The notes: a model not told the origin generated them from the sequence alone. A stretch of 64,000 bases of DNA from Phormidesmis sp. (GCA_965248535.1 CBDFJR010000005.1:320001-384000); one strand, 5' to 3'. Shown: positions 50,169 through 61,640, counted from the first letter of the stretch. Translations and numbers: made by a program.

Positions 50169-50842
50169 CTAAGTAAACTGCTGGCTCAGGGTGACTGGGT
50201 TGTGCACCGTGATTTTTTTCTTGTGAATTGAGATCATTTTGTCTTGGCGTAAGTCGCCCAGCAGCCGAGTCACGGTGACGCGAGTCGAGCCGATCGCTTC
50301 AGCAATAGCCTGGTGTGACAGCTTTAGGTCGATCGTGATCCCATCTTGACTGGGCACCCCAAAATCACGGCAGAGAATCAGCAAAAAGCTGACCAATCGT
50401 GACCCCATATCTCGATGAGCCAGGGTTTCGATCATCATCTCAGTCTGCAAGATTCGAGAAGACAAGCCCCGCAGCATCAGCATTGACAATTCAGGATTGT
50501 CTTTGAGAGCTTTCTCAACTTGCTCGATCGGCACCGACAGCAACTCAGCCGGGGTGAAGGCCACGGCGTGATAGAAGCGATCGGCCCGCTGCCCCGTAAT
50601 CAGCGACAACACGCCAAATACGCTATTCTCACGCAGCAGAGCTACGGTGATTTCTTCGCCAGCTTCATAGACTCTAGAGAGCTTTACAGCCCCTTTTAGC
50701 AGAGAAAGTAAACCCGTTCGGCTGGGTCGCCTGGGAAGAAAATCGTCTTGCCGCGCTCAAACGTCTCGACGACTGGCGGGAAGGCTCCGCCGCCAATCTG
50801 ACGAAACATGGCTGCTAACGGTCGCTCTTTGGTCACTACCAT
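50169..50842 (-). CDS. ntcA: Global nitrogen regulator NtcA, frameshift near 50700
   Basis: [15 protein letters not shown] / [25 protein letters not shown]...[15 protein letters not shown]; upstream of fabI on the opposite strand. Confidence 0.92.
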
Positions 50843-51148
50843 TTCCTTTGTCGTAACTCCTACGCCAACGTTCTCCATGTCATCGATCGCGCCTTAAGCT
50901 AGAACTTTCCTGTGAGAGATTGATGACTTTAGAACACTTAAACTCACTCTCACAGTAGTTTTTGTGCTTAATATTACCTTATTTCTTCTAGTAGCCTGAA
51001 GTTTTCTGAAAACCGGGTAAAGATTCTGCCGATCCCTTAATTTTTTTAACGACTTATGAAGATTTTGCACCCCTGCGATCGCTCAGTAAAGCGATTTGCA
51101 CGTCATCCGTTCCGTGGCGCTGTAGGCTAATAGATGCCATTGAAATGA

Positions 51149-51952
51149 ATGTCTATGTTGAACCTGACTGGAAAAAACGCGCTGGTGACGGGAATCGCCA
51201 ATAACAAGTCGATCGCTTGGGGCATCGCTCAACAACTCCACAAAGCGGGCGCAAACCTCGGCATCACCTACCTGCCCGACGAAAAGGGACGCATGGAAAA
51301 AAAGGTGGCCGAGCTAGTAGAGCCATTGCAGCCCAGCTTATTTTTGCCGCTCAACGTTCAAGACGACGACCAGATTCAGGCGACGTTTGACACCGTGCGC
51401 GATAAATGGGGGCAGTTAGATATTCTGATTCACTGTCTAGCGTTTGCGAGCAAAGATGATCTGTCGGGCGACTTTAGCAACACGAGTCGGGCCGGGTTTA
51501 ACCTAGCTCTCGATATTAGTGCTTATTCGCTGATCAAGCTGGCGGGAGTTGCTAAACCGTTGATGACTAGTGGCGGCAGCATTGTCACGCTGACCTATTT
51601 TGGCGGGGTGAAGGTGATCCCCAACTATAATGTCATGGGCATCGCCAAGGCGGCCCTAGAGATGAATGTGCGCTATCTGGCCTCAGAAATGGGGTCACAA
51701 AATATTCGAGTGAACGCGATTTCGGCCGGGCCAATTCGGACGCTGGCCTCGTCGGCGGTGGGCGGCATTTTAGACATGATTCACCACGTTGAAGCGGTGG
51801 CTCCTCTGCGGCGAACGGTGACTCAAACTGAGGTCGGCAACACGGCAGCGTTTTTGTGTAGTGACTTGTCTAGCGGCATAACCGGGCAAACGATCTATGT
51901 CGATGCAGGCTACGAAATTATGGGCATGACGGGATCAAAATCTGCTGAGTGA
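51149..51952 (+). CDS. fabI: Enoyl-ACP reductase
   Basis: GIANNKSIAWGIA, YNVMGIAKAALE, AGPIRTLA. Confidence 0.95.
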   Translation: MSMLNLTGKNALVTGIANNKSIAWGIAQQLHKAGANLGITYLPDEKGRMEKKVAELVEPLQPSLFLPLNVQDDDQIQATFDTVRDKWGQLDILIHCLAFASKDDLSGDFSNTSRAGFNLALDISAYSLIKLAGVAKPLMTSGGSIVTLTYFGGVKVIPNYNVMGIAKAALEMNVRYLASEMGSQNIRVNAISAGPIRTLASSAVGGILDMIHHVEAVAPLRRTVTQTEVGNTAAFLCSDLSSGITGQTIYVDAGYEIMGMTGSKSAE

Positions 51953-52100
51953 TGATATCCGCATCGTTCTTATGTGACTCCGGGAGTGGCGGCTAGAAAG
52001 TCTAGAACACTGCCGGATTTTTTAAAGGTTTCTTGAATGCGACTCGCGATCGCGGTTCAGATTGCAGAGATAATAGAAAACGATCCTCAAAATGATTTCT

Positions 52101-52742
52101 ATGCAGACTAGCGATCGTCTTCAAGTTGCGCCTAACTCCTACATTCCTGAAGGAAATCGGACTGCCTCGATCAGCCGCAAAACGGGCGAAACCGATGTGC
52201 ACGTCAGCCTCAACTTAGATGGGACGGGTCAGTGTGTTGCCAAAACTGGGATTCCGTTTCTCGATCATATGCTGCATCAGATCTCGTCTCATGGGCTGAT
52301 CGATCTAGATGTGCAGGCAACGGGCGATATCGAGATCGACGATCACCACACTAATGAAGATGTTGGCATCACTCTAGGAATGGCGATCGCAAAGGCTTTG
52401 GGCGATCGTAAAGGCATTGTGCGGTTTGGTCACTTTGTGGCACCGCTAGATGAAGCCCTCGTTCAAATTGCCCTGGATTTTTCGGGTCGTCCTCATTTGA
52501 GTTATGGGCTAGAGATTCCGACACAGCGAGTGGGAACCTATGACACGCAGCTAGTGCGAGAATTCTTCGTGGCGATCGTTAATCACGCCCAGATGACGCT
52601 GCACATTCGTCAGCTAGACGGCATTAACTCTCACCACATTATTGAGGCGACGTTTAAAGCGTTTGCGCGATCGCTGCGGATGGCAACCGAAATCGATCCG
52701 CGTCGTGCCCACACAATTCCTAGCTCTAAAGGGGTGCTATAA
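52101..52742 (+). CDS. hisB: Imidazoleglycerol-phosphate dehydratase
   Basis: [24 protein letters not shown]. Confidence 0.95.
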   Translation: MQTSDRLQVAPNSYIPEGNRTASISRKTGETDVHVSLNLDGTGQCVAKTGIPFLDHMLHQISSHGLIDLDVQATGDIEIDDHHTNEDVGITLGMAIAKALGDRKGIVRFGHFVAPLDEALVQIALDFSGRPHLSYGLEIPTQRVGTYDTQLVREFFVAIVNHAQMTLHIRQLDGINSHHIIEATFKAFARSLRMATEIDPRRAHTIPSSKGVL

Positions 52743-53370
52743 CCACGATCGTGACCAACTATTTCTCAATCTGCTATGCGCCGATGAGAATGCCTCGTGA
52801 ATTCTGTGATGGTTGCCCCATGACAATTTTGACGATCGCTAGATGAATTGTTTTAAGCGATCGTCTACTATTTTCTGATCAAGGCAATCTGCACACTCAA
52901 GATCACGAAGGGGATAAAAAATGTCACTGATGACTCGCTGCTTTGGGTTGCACCCATTTTGGGGCTGTGATTGCAGGGGCGGTTTATTCTGCCCTGTTTA
53001 GCGAAGCGATCGTTGCCGAGGAAGAACGAGTCAGAGAGCGGGCTTAGAAAGTAAATTCCATCCTGTGAAATCTCGCGCCTTCACCTCAGGCAGACGAGTT
53101 GGCGGGCCCTGCGACCCGTTTCGCCTTGGGGACGGAAGACGGTCACACTGTTGACAGGTGCCCCTGCTCTCTGGCTGCTGACGGGGTTAAAGCCTAAATT
53201 TTGCCTCACCTTTTCTACTAATAGTCAAGCATTTCGTCAATTTCTGACCTGCGATCCCCACCTTGCGATCGGGCTTTGTTAACCCCCATTTTCCTCTAAT
53301 AATTTCTTTACCTTTTGAGATATGATATGTCTCATCAATAGGTATTTATCTACAGAGGGCAAGCGCAGTC

Positions 53371-54381
53371 ATGAGAGTAGCGATTAACGGCTTTGGACGC
53401 ATTGGGCGAAACTTCATGCGTTGCTGGGCGGGCAGGGAGAACAGTCAAATAGAAGTAGTCGCTATCAATGACACGTCTGATCCCAAAACCAACGCTCACT
53501 TGCTGACTTATGACACGATGCTGGGCAAGTTTAAGGCCGATGTCAGCGCCGACGAAAACACCATCACCGTCAACGGTCATGTGATTAAGTGCACCAGCGA
53601 TCGCAACCCAGAAAACTTGCCCTGGAAAGATTGGGGAATCGACCTGATTATTGAATCGACTGGCGTGTTTATCAGCAAAGAAGGAGCTTCTAAGCACATC
53701 AACGCTGGAGCCAAAAAAGTTCTGATCACGGCTCCTGGCAAGGGTGACGATGGCACATTTGTGGTTGGCGTAAATCATCTAGATTATGATCACCACAAGC
53801 ACAACATTATTAGCAACGCTAGCTGCACCACTAACTGCCTTGCCCCTGTTGCTAAAGTCATTCACGAAAACTTTGGCATCATCAAAGGCACGATGACCAC
53901 GACTCACAGCTACACGGGCGACCAGCGTTTGCTTGATGCGAGTCACCGCGATCCGCGTCGGGCACGGGCTGCCGCGATGAACATCGTCCCCACTTCGACG
54001 GGCGCAGCAAAAGCTGTAGCGTTGGTGTTGCCAGAGTTGGCGGGCAAGCTAAACGGCATTGCGATGCGGGTTCCGACTCCTAACGTGTCGGTGGTTGATT
54101 TGGTGGTGCAGGTTGAGAAAGCAACGATCGCCGAGCAGGTCAATGACGTGCTGAGAGCGGCGGCTGAAGGCCCCATGAAAGGCATTCTCAAATATTGTGA
54201 TCTGCCTTTGGTGTCGAGCGATCACGCCGGAACCGATGAGTCTTCGATCATTGACGCGGCTCTGACGATGGTGATGGGCGGCGACATGGTGAAGGTGATC
54301 GCTTGGTATGACAACGAGTGGGGCTATAGCCAACGGGTGGTTGACTTGGCTGAAATCGTGGCTCAGAAGTGGGTCGCTTAA
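53371..54381 (+). CDS. gap2: NAD(P)-dependent glyceraldehyde-3-phosphate dehydrogenase
   Basis: [33 protein letters not shown] (photosynthetic-type S-loop). Confidence 0.92.
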   Translation: MRVAINGFGRIGRNFMRCWAGRENSQIEVVAINDTSDPKTNAHLLTYDTMLGKFKADVSADENTITVNGHVIKCTSDRNPENLPWKDWGIDLIIESTGVFISKEGASKHINAGAKKVLITAPGKGDDGTFVVGVNHLDYDHHKHNIISNASCTTNCLAPVAKVIHENFGIIKGTMTTTHSYTGDQRLLDASHRDPRRARAAAMNIVPTSTGAAKAVALVLPELAGKLNGIAMRVPTPNVSVVDLVVQVEKATIAEQVNDVLRAAAEGPMKGILKYCDLPLVSSDHAGTDESSIIDAALTMVMGGDMVKVIAWYDNEWGYSQRVVDLAEIVAQKWVA

Positions 54382-54401
54382 GATCTGTTAGACATTAGCT
54401 T

Positions 54402-54440
54402 TAAGGCCCTCAATTCCAAGTTAGGAGTTGGGGGTTTCTT
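54402..54440 (+). terminator. Intrinsic terminator after gap2
   Basis: CCCTCAATTCC...GGAGTTGGGGG then TTTCTT. Confidence 0.6.
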
Positions 54441-54480
54441 GTATAGTCGAAGTAGCATTGTCAAGTAGCTGGTATTTGTC

Positions 54481-54657
54481 ATGAGTACACTGAACGAGAT
54501 CAAAGAGGCTGTTAGTCGCTTTGCACCAGAGGATCTTGCTGCTTTTCGCGCCTGGTTTGTGAAATTAGATAGGGATGCATGGGAGCAAAAGATTGGAGAG
54601 TGTGTGAAGGCGGGTCGGTTGAATCCACTGTTTCTAGAACTTCTTGAAGCTTTATGA
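54481..54657 (+). CDS. Antitoxin-like small protein (58 aa, possibly degenerate)
   Basis: My translation MSTLNEIKEAVSRFAPEDLAAFRAWF...AWEQKI...AGRL. Confidence 0.55.
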   Translation: MSTLNEIKEAVSRFAPEDLAAFRAWFVKLDRDAWEQKIGECVKAGRLNPLFLELLEAL

Positions 54658-54684
54658 GACGTAGAAGTTCAGACAGATGCGCTC

Positions 54685-54870
54685 ATGCAAAAAGATCACA
54701 AAAGACTTCTAGAACAGTATTGGGCAGATGAGATTAACTTAGAATCTCAAGGACTTGATCAAGCGCAGGCTCAGATTCTACGATCGAGCTTCACCACTTT
54801 CTCAGAGGATTGGGACAGTCCTGAAATGAGCATCTATGACAACTACGAAGCAGCCAAAGCCAGTCTTTAA
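54685..54870 (+). CDS. Antitoxin-like small protein followed by a truncated toxin start
   Basis: FSEDWDSPEMSIYDNY motif; overlapping ORF MTTTKQPKPVFKRG loses PemK-like character after KRG. Confidence 0.55.
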   Translation: MQKDHKRLLEQYWADEINLESQGLDQAQAQILRSSFTTFSEDWDSPEMSIYDNYEAAKASL

Positions 54871-54993
54871 GCGAGGTGGTCGTATTGGTGTGTGTGCTTT
54901 TGTCAAAGGGTTCCCCCGCAGTAGCGTTACTGGGAACGGTAACGCTAATTGTTGGGCTGTTGAACTGATTTTTTGCATAGTAGGTATAGATCC

Positions 54994-55929
54994 ATGCGCC
55001 TCCAAACCATTCCCGTAGTTGATCTCCGAGATTTTCTGTCTGATTCACCCCAGAGGCAGCAGGGTTTTGTGTCAGCGATGGGGTCTGCGTTAGAAGACAT
55101 TGGCTTTTTTGCGGTGATTAATCACGGCGTTGACTCGACTTTAATTCAGTCTGCTTACCAGGTTGCTGAGGTTTTTTTTGAGCTTCCAGAAACGGTCAAA
55201 CAACGCTACGAAAAGCCAGAACTTCACGGACAGAGAGGCTTTACAAGCTTTGGTCGAGAACACGCCAAAGATCACCCCGTCCCTGACCTCAAAGAATTTT
55301 GGCACGTTGGCGCGTCAAAGTTGCCGAACCTAGAGGTTGCAGAAGTGCCTCAGTTTGCCCCGATTCTCAGCGACCTTCACGCCCAACTTGCTGCCTGTGC
55401 CGCTAGATTGCTAGAAGCCTGTGCGCTGTATTTAGGAGAGTCTAAAAATCTGCTGCGAGAGATGACGATCGGGGGTGACACGATTTTGCGCGTGATTCAC
55501 TATCCACCCGTTGCACTAGATGCCCACCCAGCCAGTTTGCGATCGGCTCCCCACGAAGACATCAATCTGATTACGCTCTTGTGTGAAGCCACCGCCGAGG
55601 GGCTAGAGCTTCAGCAGCGAGATGGCGTGTGGCGGCCGATTCACGCCCTCGACGGGCAAATTATTGTCGATAGCGGCGACATGCTTCAGCAGTTAACAAA
55701 TGGATTGTTCAAGAGCACGACTCATCGAGTGGTCAACCCCGACGGCGATCGCACTCGGCGCTTTTCGATGCCTTATTTTGTCCATCCTCAAGCCGAGACA
55801 GACTTAACTCCTCTCTCCAGCAGTCTGGCCAAAACTAGAGGGCCTGCACGGTTTCCGCCGATCACGGCAGGGGCCTATCTTCAACAGAGGCTTCAGGAAA
55901 TCGGCCTGAAAAGAACCGGATCAGTCTGA
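54994..55929 (+). CDS. 2OG-Fe(II) oxygenase, isopenicillin N synthase family
   Basis: IPVVDL, HEDINLITLL (HxD), STTHRV, RFSMPYF. Confidence 0.9.
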   Translation: MRLQTIPVVDLRDFLSDSPQRQQGFVSAMGSALEDIGFFAVINHGVDSTLIQSAYQVAEVFFELPETVKQRYEKPELHGQRGFTSFGREHAKDHPVPDLKEFWHVGASKLPNLEVAEVPQFAPILSDLHAQLAACAARLLEACALYLGESKNLLREMTIGGDTILRVIHYPPVALDAHPASLRSAPHEDINLITLLCEATAEGLELQQRDGVWRPIHALDGQIIVDSGDMLQQLTNGLFKSTTHRVVNPDGDRTRRFSMPYFVHPQAETDLTPLSSSLAKTRGPARFPPITAGAYLQQRLQEIGLKRTGSV

Positions 55930-56269
55930 AGTCTCTGATCCTGCATTCCTGCGTTATCCGCCTGCGGCAAAGGTTGCCATAACCAACACCGATAGTAGAA
56001 TGCCGGGAGACAGCATTAAAGCCAACATGAGCAAATCGTGGGTCGTCATAGCAGTTTTTTCTAGAGAAGGTGTGATCGTAAAGACTAAAGCTGATGATTG
56101 TGCCAAACAGCACAGCCCATCACGACTTCTTTCATGCTAATTAGATTAACAGGAGTTTTCTCCTTGCTTGGGTTGAGAAAACCTAAAGATTCAGATTCAG
56201 CGATCGCCCGATTGATCTAAGATTCACTGTCGTTAGCTCAAAAATTTTCACTAGGGTCAGCATCTCACC

Positions 56270-56620
56270 ATGAATCACTTCTCTTTTGACGAGTTGCAGA
56301 GAAAAGACCTCTTCATTGCGCTGGGTCTCTGGGTGACCGTGGAGTTGGTTAGTTTTATCTTCTTTCCGGCGGTGGCGCTGATCACTCCGGGCGAGCGCCT
56401 CAAAACCTGGTTTTTAATCAGCATTCCGCTAGGGTTGGGGGGCGCATTGCTGATTAGCGCGAGTTCTCGATTTGTGGCCCTGTCGCACCAGCGATCGAGC
56501 GGAGCTACCAAAACGCTCCTGGTTTTTTTGGGGCAGTTTGGCGGCTGGATGGGGCTAGTGGGCATCTTGTTTCCATTTTTTATGGTGTGTTCAGAGTTTT
56601 TCTCAACCCTAAAATATTAA
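56270..56620 (+). CDS. 3-TM hypothetical membrane protein
   Basis: 116 aa, hydrophobic. Confidence 0.7.
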   Translation: MNHFSFDELQRKDLFIALGLWVTVELVSFIFFPAVALITPGERLKTWFLISIPLGLGGALLISASSRFVALSHQRSSGATKTLLVFLGQFGGWMGLVGILFPFFMVCSEFFSTLKY

Positions 56621-56632
56621 GACTTAACGCTT

Positions 56633-57202
56633 ATGGCCAGTCTCACCAAAGCCCTGAAGGAATGGGCGATCGCGATCGAGGGTTTAGAAACGGGGCGCAC
56701 GATCGCGCTGCTCAGAAAAGGCGGCATTCGAGAAGAGGGCAACCGCTTCAAGGTCGAACAAACTCAGGTGGTGCTCTACCCGACCTATGAGCACCAGCAG
56801 CCTCATCTGCTAAAAGACGACCTTCAGACAAAGGTGAACCCCGTGCCGTCTGGCTGGCATCCTGAAACAGTGCAAATTAGCTCAGTGGCAGCGATCACCG
56901 ATAGGTTTCAAGTCACTGAGGCGGAAATTCTAGACTCCCTGTTGCCGTTTCATATTGGAAACGATCAGTTTGCCGCAGAGCGCTTTCAATGGAAGCCTAA
57001 ATCGCCGCTCTATCTCCTGCTTTTGCGGGTGTCTAAGCTTGCCCACCCCCAGATTATTCCTTATCAGACTGAATATGGTGGCTGTCGATCGTGGATTGAT
57101 CTAACAACGGCGATCGACCTAGAGGGTGCAACTCCCGTTTTGAGCGACTCAAACTATTCAAGCCAGGTTGAGACGATTCGCTCTCTGATTCCAACTCCCT
57201 AA
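56633..57202 (+). CDS. DUF1802 family protein
   Basis: ALKEW...LLRKGGIRE...LYPTYEHQ...YGGCRSW. Confidence 0.88.
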   Translation: MASLTKALKEWAIAIEGLETGRTIALLRKGGIREEGNRFKVEQTQVVLYPTYEHQQPHLLKDDLQTKVNPVPSGWHPETVQISSVAAITDRFQVTEAEILDSLLPFHIGNDQFAAERFQWKPKSPLYLLLLRVSKLAHPQIIPYQTEYGGCRSWIDLTTAIDLEGATPVLSDSNYSSQVETIRSLIPTP

Positions 57203-57473
57203 CTTTTCTGACAGAATTTGTTTCAAACTCAACACTTGGCATTATCCTGTGAACCAGGTTTGTTGAAGGCTTTTGCGTGACCGAAAAAATGGGATACAGG
57301 CCCCGTCCTTCTAGGACGGCTTTGATTGGGATGTCTGGTACGATAAAGGCAAGTCGCCATAGGGCATTGGGAGACTCTAAACGGATGTGGAGGGACGATA
57401 AGACTACTTCGGTAGCGCCTCCCCATGAAGCGTCAAGGAATCCTCGCTCTTTTAGGACGAGGAGGTATGTCAA

Positions 57474-59125
57474 ATGAAGAAAAAACCGCCCAGCAGGTTG
57501 GGTAAAGGGGTCTTTTATCTGGTCTCTCTCGCCGTTTGCCTAGGAGCGGCTCCGGCGTGGGCAACTCCTCTAAAGGACTGGCAATATGACCCGACCGCAA
57601 ACCAGCTAGAAGTCACTTTAAAAGATGGGGTGAAGCCGCGCTATTTTCTGATGGCTCGACCCGCCCGCATTGTCTTAGAGTTGCCTAACACCGAAGTGGG
57701 CAACGTTCAGCGACAGCAAACCTATGAGGGGGCGGTGCGCCAGGTGCGGGTTTCTCAGGTTAAACCAGGGCTAACGCGGATTGTGCTAGAGCTTTCGCCC
57801 GACGCGACCCTGCTGCGAGGGCAGGCGCAACTGCAACGAGTCGGTGATGCCGCGCAGTCTACGAGCGATCGCTGGGTGTTGCGTCCCCTTTTGGCTCAGG
57901 CAACTAATCCACCTACCCCGACTTCGAGCCTGCCGCCGACTCCCACCAGTCCGACTCTCATCAATCCGGCTCCCCCTGTGGTCTATCCGCCGGGGATCTC
58001 GCCCCCTAGCCCAGAAGTCAGTGGATCGCGTGCCGTCGATCGGGCCATTCCAGACGCTCAAGACAGACCCATCGATATTGTGGTGCCCCGACCCGCGACA
58101 CCCTCTGTTTCGACCAATCCGCCTCCCGCGATCGTGCCTCTAGTGGTAGCATCGTCGCCAAAAATTGCCGCGCTCCGACTCCCCCATCGCCCGAAAACTT
58201 TCCGCCGGGAATCGCTCCCAGTTCTGAACCACCTGTTACTCAGCCAACGGCTGCCCAAAGGTCAGGCTCAAACGGTGAAGCGGTTTCTAAGATTGCTCAA
58301 AAGCCAGCCTCTAATCTGCAACTCCCAGACATTAATCCCAGTCTGGCGATCCCAGAGTCTTTGCCGCCTGTCACGGTGCCCAACCCTGCGATCGCGGCTC
58401 CTACCGTGAGTGTGCCGCCCCTCACCCCTAGTCGCGAAACGAGCGCGCCGGACTTGCCCCCCGCCGCCACCTTTAATCCCTCAGCCGCCGTGAGTGTGCC
58501 CCCTCTTAAGACAACGGCACCTGCCACCCTCTTAGAGCGACCTGCCCGATCGGGGCGACTCAACCCGATCGAGTTTGGTCAACCGCTACCCACATCGCCA
58601 GCGCAGTCACGATCGTCTCAGCCGACCAGCCCAATTAGCTATAACCCTGGGGCACTGCTTCCGGCGGGCACGGTGCTGAGTTTGCGATATTCTGGCAGCA
58701 AAGCTCTGCCCCTGCAACCCGATCAGCCTCGTCAAGAAGTCTTGGTGTTGCAGAATGGTTTGCACGATCGAGCAGGTAATTTAATCGCCCCCGAAGGCAC
58801 CCAAGTCTTAGGCAAGTTTGAAACGAGCAGCGGCGGCAGTCGCTTCATTGCCCAAGCGATCGTGGTGCAAGGAAAAAATGTGGCGATCGCCGCCCAGTCA
58901 GACGTGTTGGGCGGTGCTCGCAAAGTCTCTGACAACCGACTGATTCGCAACTCAGGCATTGGCGCGCTAGCAGGTGCTATCTTAGGCGGACTCTCTGGCG
59001 GCAACGTGATCGGCGGAGCCGCAGCAGGAGCCGCAGTCACCTACGCAACGGCTCCCAAGTTTGCCACAATTCAGCCAGGGCAAATTCTAGAAGTGCGATT
59101 GATCGAAGATTTAATGCCCATTTAA
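57474..59125 (+). CDS. AMIN-domain secreted protein with Pro-rich linker, frameshift near 58170
   Basis: PARIVLELP...VRQVRV...TRIVLEL; the alternative frame from ~58172 runs open into ORF 58361..59125. Confidence 0.8.
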
Positions 59126-59144
59126 TCGGGTAAACGGCCCAAAC

Positions 59145-59195
59145 CGTAGGGGCACGGCATTGCCGTGCCCCCACAAACGCCGTGCCCCCACAAAC
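59145..59195. repeat. REP-like palindrome with a 17-bp tandem duplication
   Basis: CGTA-GGGGCACGGCA-T-TGCCGTGCCCC; GCCGTGCCCCCACAAAC twice. Confidence 0.65.
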
Positions 59196-59197
59196 GA

Positions 59198-59770
59198 TCA
59201 GAATTTTTCATTATCCGGCGGAGTCGCCCCCGATCCAGGCGTAGCAAGAAAGAGATTTTTGGCGTTGTCGCTCTGATAGACACAATCAATTTTAGGATTG
59301 CTCTCCAACGCCCCGACATAGCCAAACGTATTCATCCGTTGACGGCACTCACGAGTCTGGTCAGGCGTGATCAAATTGCGCTGCTCTAGCACCTGCCAGT
59401 TAGCACTCCGCAGCACACACCCCGGTTGGGTGCTGGCTTGAGCCACATAGACCTTAAACGGATTAAGCGTCACAAAAAAGCGGGTCTCTAGCGCGATCGC
59501 GCTGGCCCCATTTTGAATGCAGATTTCTGGGTTAGGGGCTTTCGCATCAATTTGCACATTGCTGACCACATTCGTGTCGTTGGTCGAAGCCGTCGAGCTA
59601 AACCCAATGCCTACACCAATGCCCAGAATAAAAATGCCCGCAATGATAAAGAGAGAGGTGTAGTTAAACGGCGTTTTTGGCTTACTCGGCTTGCCTTTGT
59701 CGGGCGGCGTGTAAGCATCCTCATCATCTCTTTCGTAATCGTAGGAATTATTTCGGGGTCTACGTTTCAT
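59198..59770 (-). CDS. DUF3172 family protein
   Basis: TM, APNPEIC...GASA...TLNPF...QPGCVLR...CRQRMNTFG. Confidence 0.8.
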   Translation of the reverse strand: MKRRPRNNSYDYERDDEDAYTPPDKGKPSKPKTPFNYTSLFIIAGIFILGIGVGIGFSSTASTNDTNVVSNVQIDAKAPNPEICIQNGASAIALETRFFVTLNPFKVYVAQASTQPGCVLRSANWQVLEQRNLITPDQTRECRQRMNTFGYVGALESNPKIDCVYQSDNAKNLFLATPGSGATPPDNEKF

Positions 59771-59962
59771 AGTGGCTTGCAAATTGAGAAACTGAGCGAG
59801 AGCAGGCTATCACTCTATCGTCTAACAGTATGACAAATCTCACCCCTCCTTGACTGAGATTTTTGCCTGGGATAGCTGCAAGAACGTCTCATCAGATGAG
59901 CAGAAATCGCGTATCCTAGACTCACCCTTGGGTTATTCTACGCAGACGCAATTCTCTGTCTT

Positions 59963-60592
59963 ATGTCTGAAGCGCTCTTACAAAACCGCGACTACACGAT
60001 CGTCGTTGCCAAAACTGCTGCCAGCCTAGTCAAAACGCCACCGGGATATGAACAGCGATGGTTAGCGGCCCACGATGCCATTCTATCTCTGGCGCAAACT
60101 TGCGAGACCTTTGACCCTGATGGCATCACGGTTTATATGTCGTGCCGAGATCAAGCCGATCTGTTTAAGCAATATAAGCAGGTGTTGCCCAGCCAGGTGA
60201 CCGCGATTTTTGACGCGCACTATCCGCCTGACACGCTCAATCTGCTCACCGTGCTGCAAACGGCACTAGATGACTATTTCACTCGCAAAGCCGCCGCTCA
60301 AACCAAGCTTAACGGCGAAATGATTCTTGTGCTGATTGACGGAGAACCTCAAGATCGGATGGCGATCGCTAAACTGATCATCCACACTACCGTAAAGCTC
60401 GATCGAGATCACGAACTCGGCATTGGCTTTCTTCAGCTAGGCGATGACTTTATCGCCAGAGGGTTTCTTAACGCTTTAGATGAAAACCTCAAGTCGGCAG
60501 GTGCTAAATTTGACATCGTTCACACTCAGACTTTTGCAGAAGTCAGCCCTGACTCTCTGACTAGATTTTTGCTTGACGTGCTGAAGGACTAA
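59963..60592 (+). CDS. vWA-like hypothetical protein
   Basis: RDYT...FDPDGITVY...ILVLIDGEP...FDIVHT. Confidence 0.7.
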   Translation: MSEALLQNRDYTIVVAKTAASLVKTPPGYEQRWLAAHDAILSLAQTCETFDPDGITVYMSCRDQADLFKQYKQVLPSQVTAIFDAHYPPDTLNLLTVLQTALDDYFTRKAAAQTKLNGEMILVLIDGEPQDRMAIAKLIIHTTVKLDRDHELGIGFLQLGDDFIARGFLNALDENLKSAGAKFDIVHTQTFAEVSPDSLTRFLLDVLKD

Positions 60593-60662
60593 GCGCTGAG
60601 ACTGTCACAACCTGATAAGCTGAAGGCGGAACTGGATACCGCAACTACCGATATAAAACCCT

Positions 60663-61292
60663 ATGGAGTGGCACGCATCAGATGCCCAGAGTCTCGCGAT
60701 TATCGATCGTGAAATTGGCGACCACGCTTTCTCACCCGCAGAATATGAGATTGTGCGTCGGGTGATTTATTCGACGGCAGACTTTGAGTATAAATCTCTG
60801 GTTCGATTCTCAGAGTTGGCGTTGCAGTCGGGGGCCGCCGCCTTAGCCGCCCGCACCACGATCGTGGTCGATGTGCCAATGGTGCAAGTGGGCATCACAA
60901 CTAACATTCAAACCACCTTCGCAAACCCGATCTATTGCAGCATGGAGGCGATTACCCGTCCTCAAAAAGAAAAAACTCGCGCCGCCTGGGGCATCGAAAC
61001 TCTGGCCAGACGCTACCCCGAAGGAATTTTTGTGGTTGGTCAGTCTCAAACCGCTCTCGCTGCCCTCGTCGAACTGATTGAGGCTGAAGAAATCAAGCCT
61101 GCGCTGGTGATTGGCACCCCGTCAGGGTTTGTCGATGTCGATGTGGCTAAAGCTCGCCTCAACGATTCTCTGATTCCCCACATTCGCACCGAGGGGCGGA
61201 AGGGCAGCGCTGTCGTGGCAGCGGCGATCGTCAATGGGTTGGTCGATCTGGCCTGGCAAGCTTATGGGCGTGAAGGCAACGGCGTAGGATAA
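60663..61292 (+). CDS. cobH: Precorrin-8X methylmutase family protein
   Basis: IVRRVIYSTADF, PALVIGTPSGFV, GRKGSAVVAAAIVN. Confidence 0.8.
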   Translation: MEWHASDAQSLAIIDREIGDHAFSPAEYEIVRRVIYSTADFEYKSLVRFSELALQSGAAALAARTTIVVDVPMVQVGITTNIQTTFANPIYCSMEAITRPQKEKTRAAWGIETLARRYPEGIFVVGQSQTALAALVELIEAEEIKPALVIGTPSGFVDVDVAKARLNDSLIPHIRTEGRKGSAVVAAAIVNGLVDLAWQAYGREGNGVG

Positions 61293-61418
61293 CGGTTCAG
61301 ACATCAGATTAACCACTGCTAGAGATTTCTAATTGAAGTTCCGCAGTTGAAATTTTTGGATCTCAGGCTGCTGTAGTTAGAATGGGAGAATCAACCTGGC
61401 TTGACCGGAAGGTTTCAC

Positions 61419-61640
61419 ATGGTTTCATCAGAGTTAATCTTGAACTTGAGAGGACTGAGCCGTTCAGACAAGTTTCACATTATACAAATTCTGATCTCGG
61501 AACTAGCCCAGCAAGAAACGGATCTGATTAAACCTGACCAAGCTTACCCAGTCTGGTCGCCCTATGATGCGGTTGAGGCAGCAGATACGATGTTACAGGT
61601 GCTACGTGCTGCCAAGGCTCAAGATCATGCGGGACGGTGA
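61419..61640 (+). CDS. Small hypothetical protein coupled to an aspartic protease
   Basis: LSRSDKFHIIQ...YPVWSPYDA; overlaps the next start. Confidence 0.7.
   Translation: MVSSELILNLRGLSRSDKFHIIQILISELAQQETDLIKPDQAYPVWSPYDAVEAADTMLQVLRAAKAQDHAGR

Noticed and set aside
50940..51010. NtcA autoregulatory box
   Set aside because: No clean GTA-N8-TAC seen, only half-sites
53005..53190. 6S RNA, cobalamin riboswitch or glutamine riboswitch
   Set aside because: Only short resemblances; the core consensus elements were not found, so it is reported as an unassigned candidate
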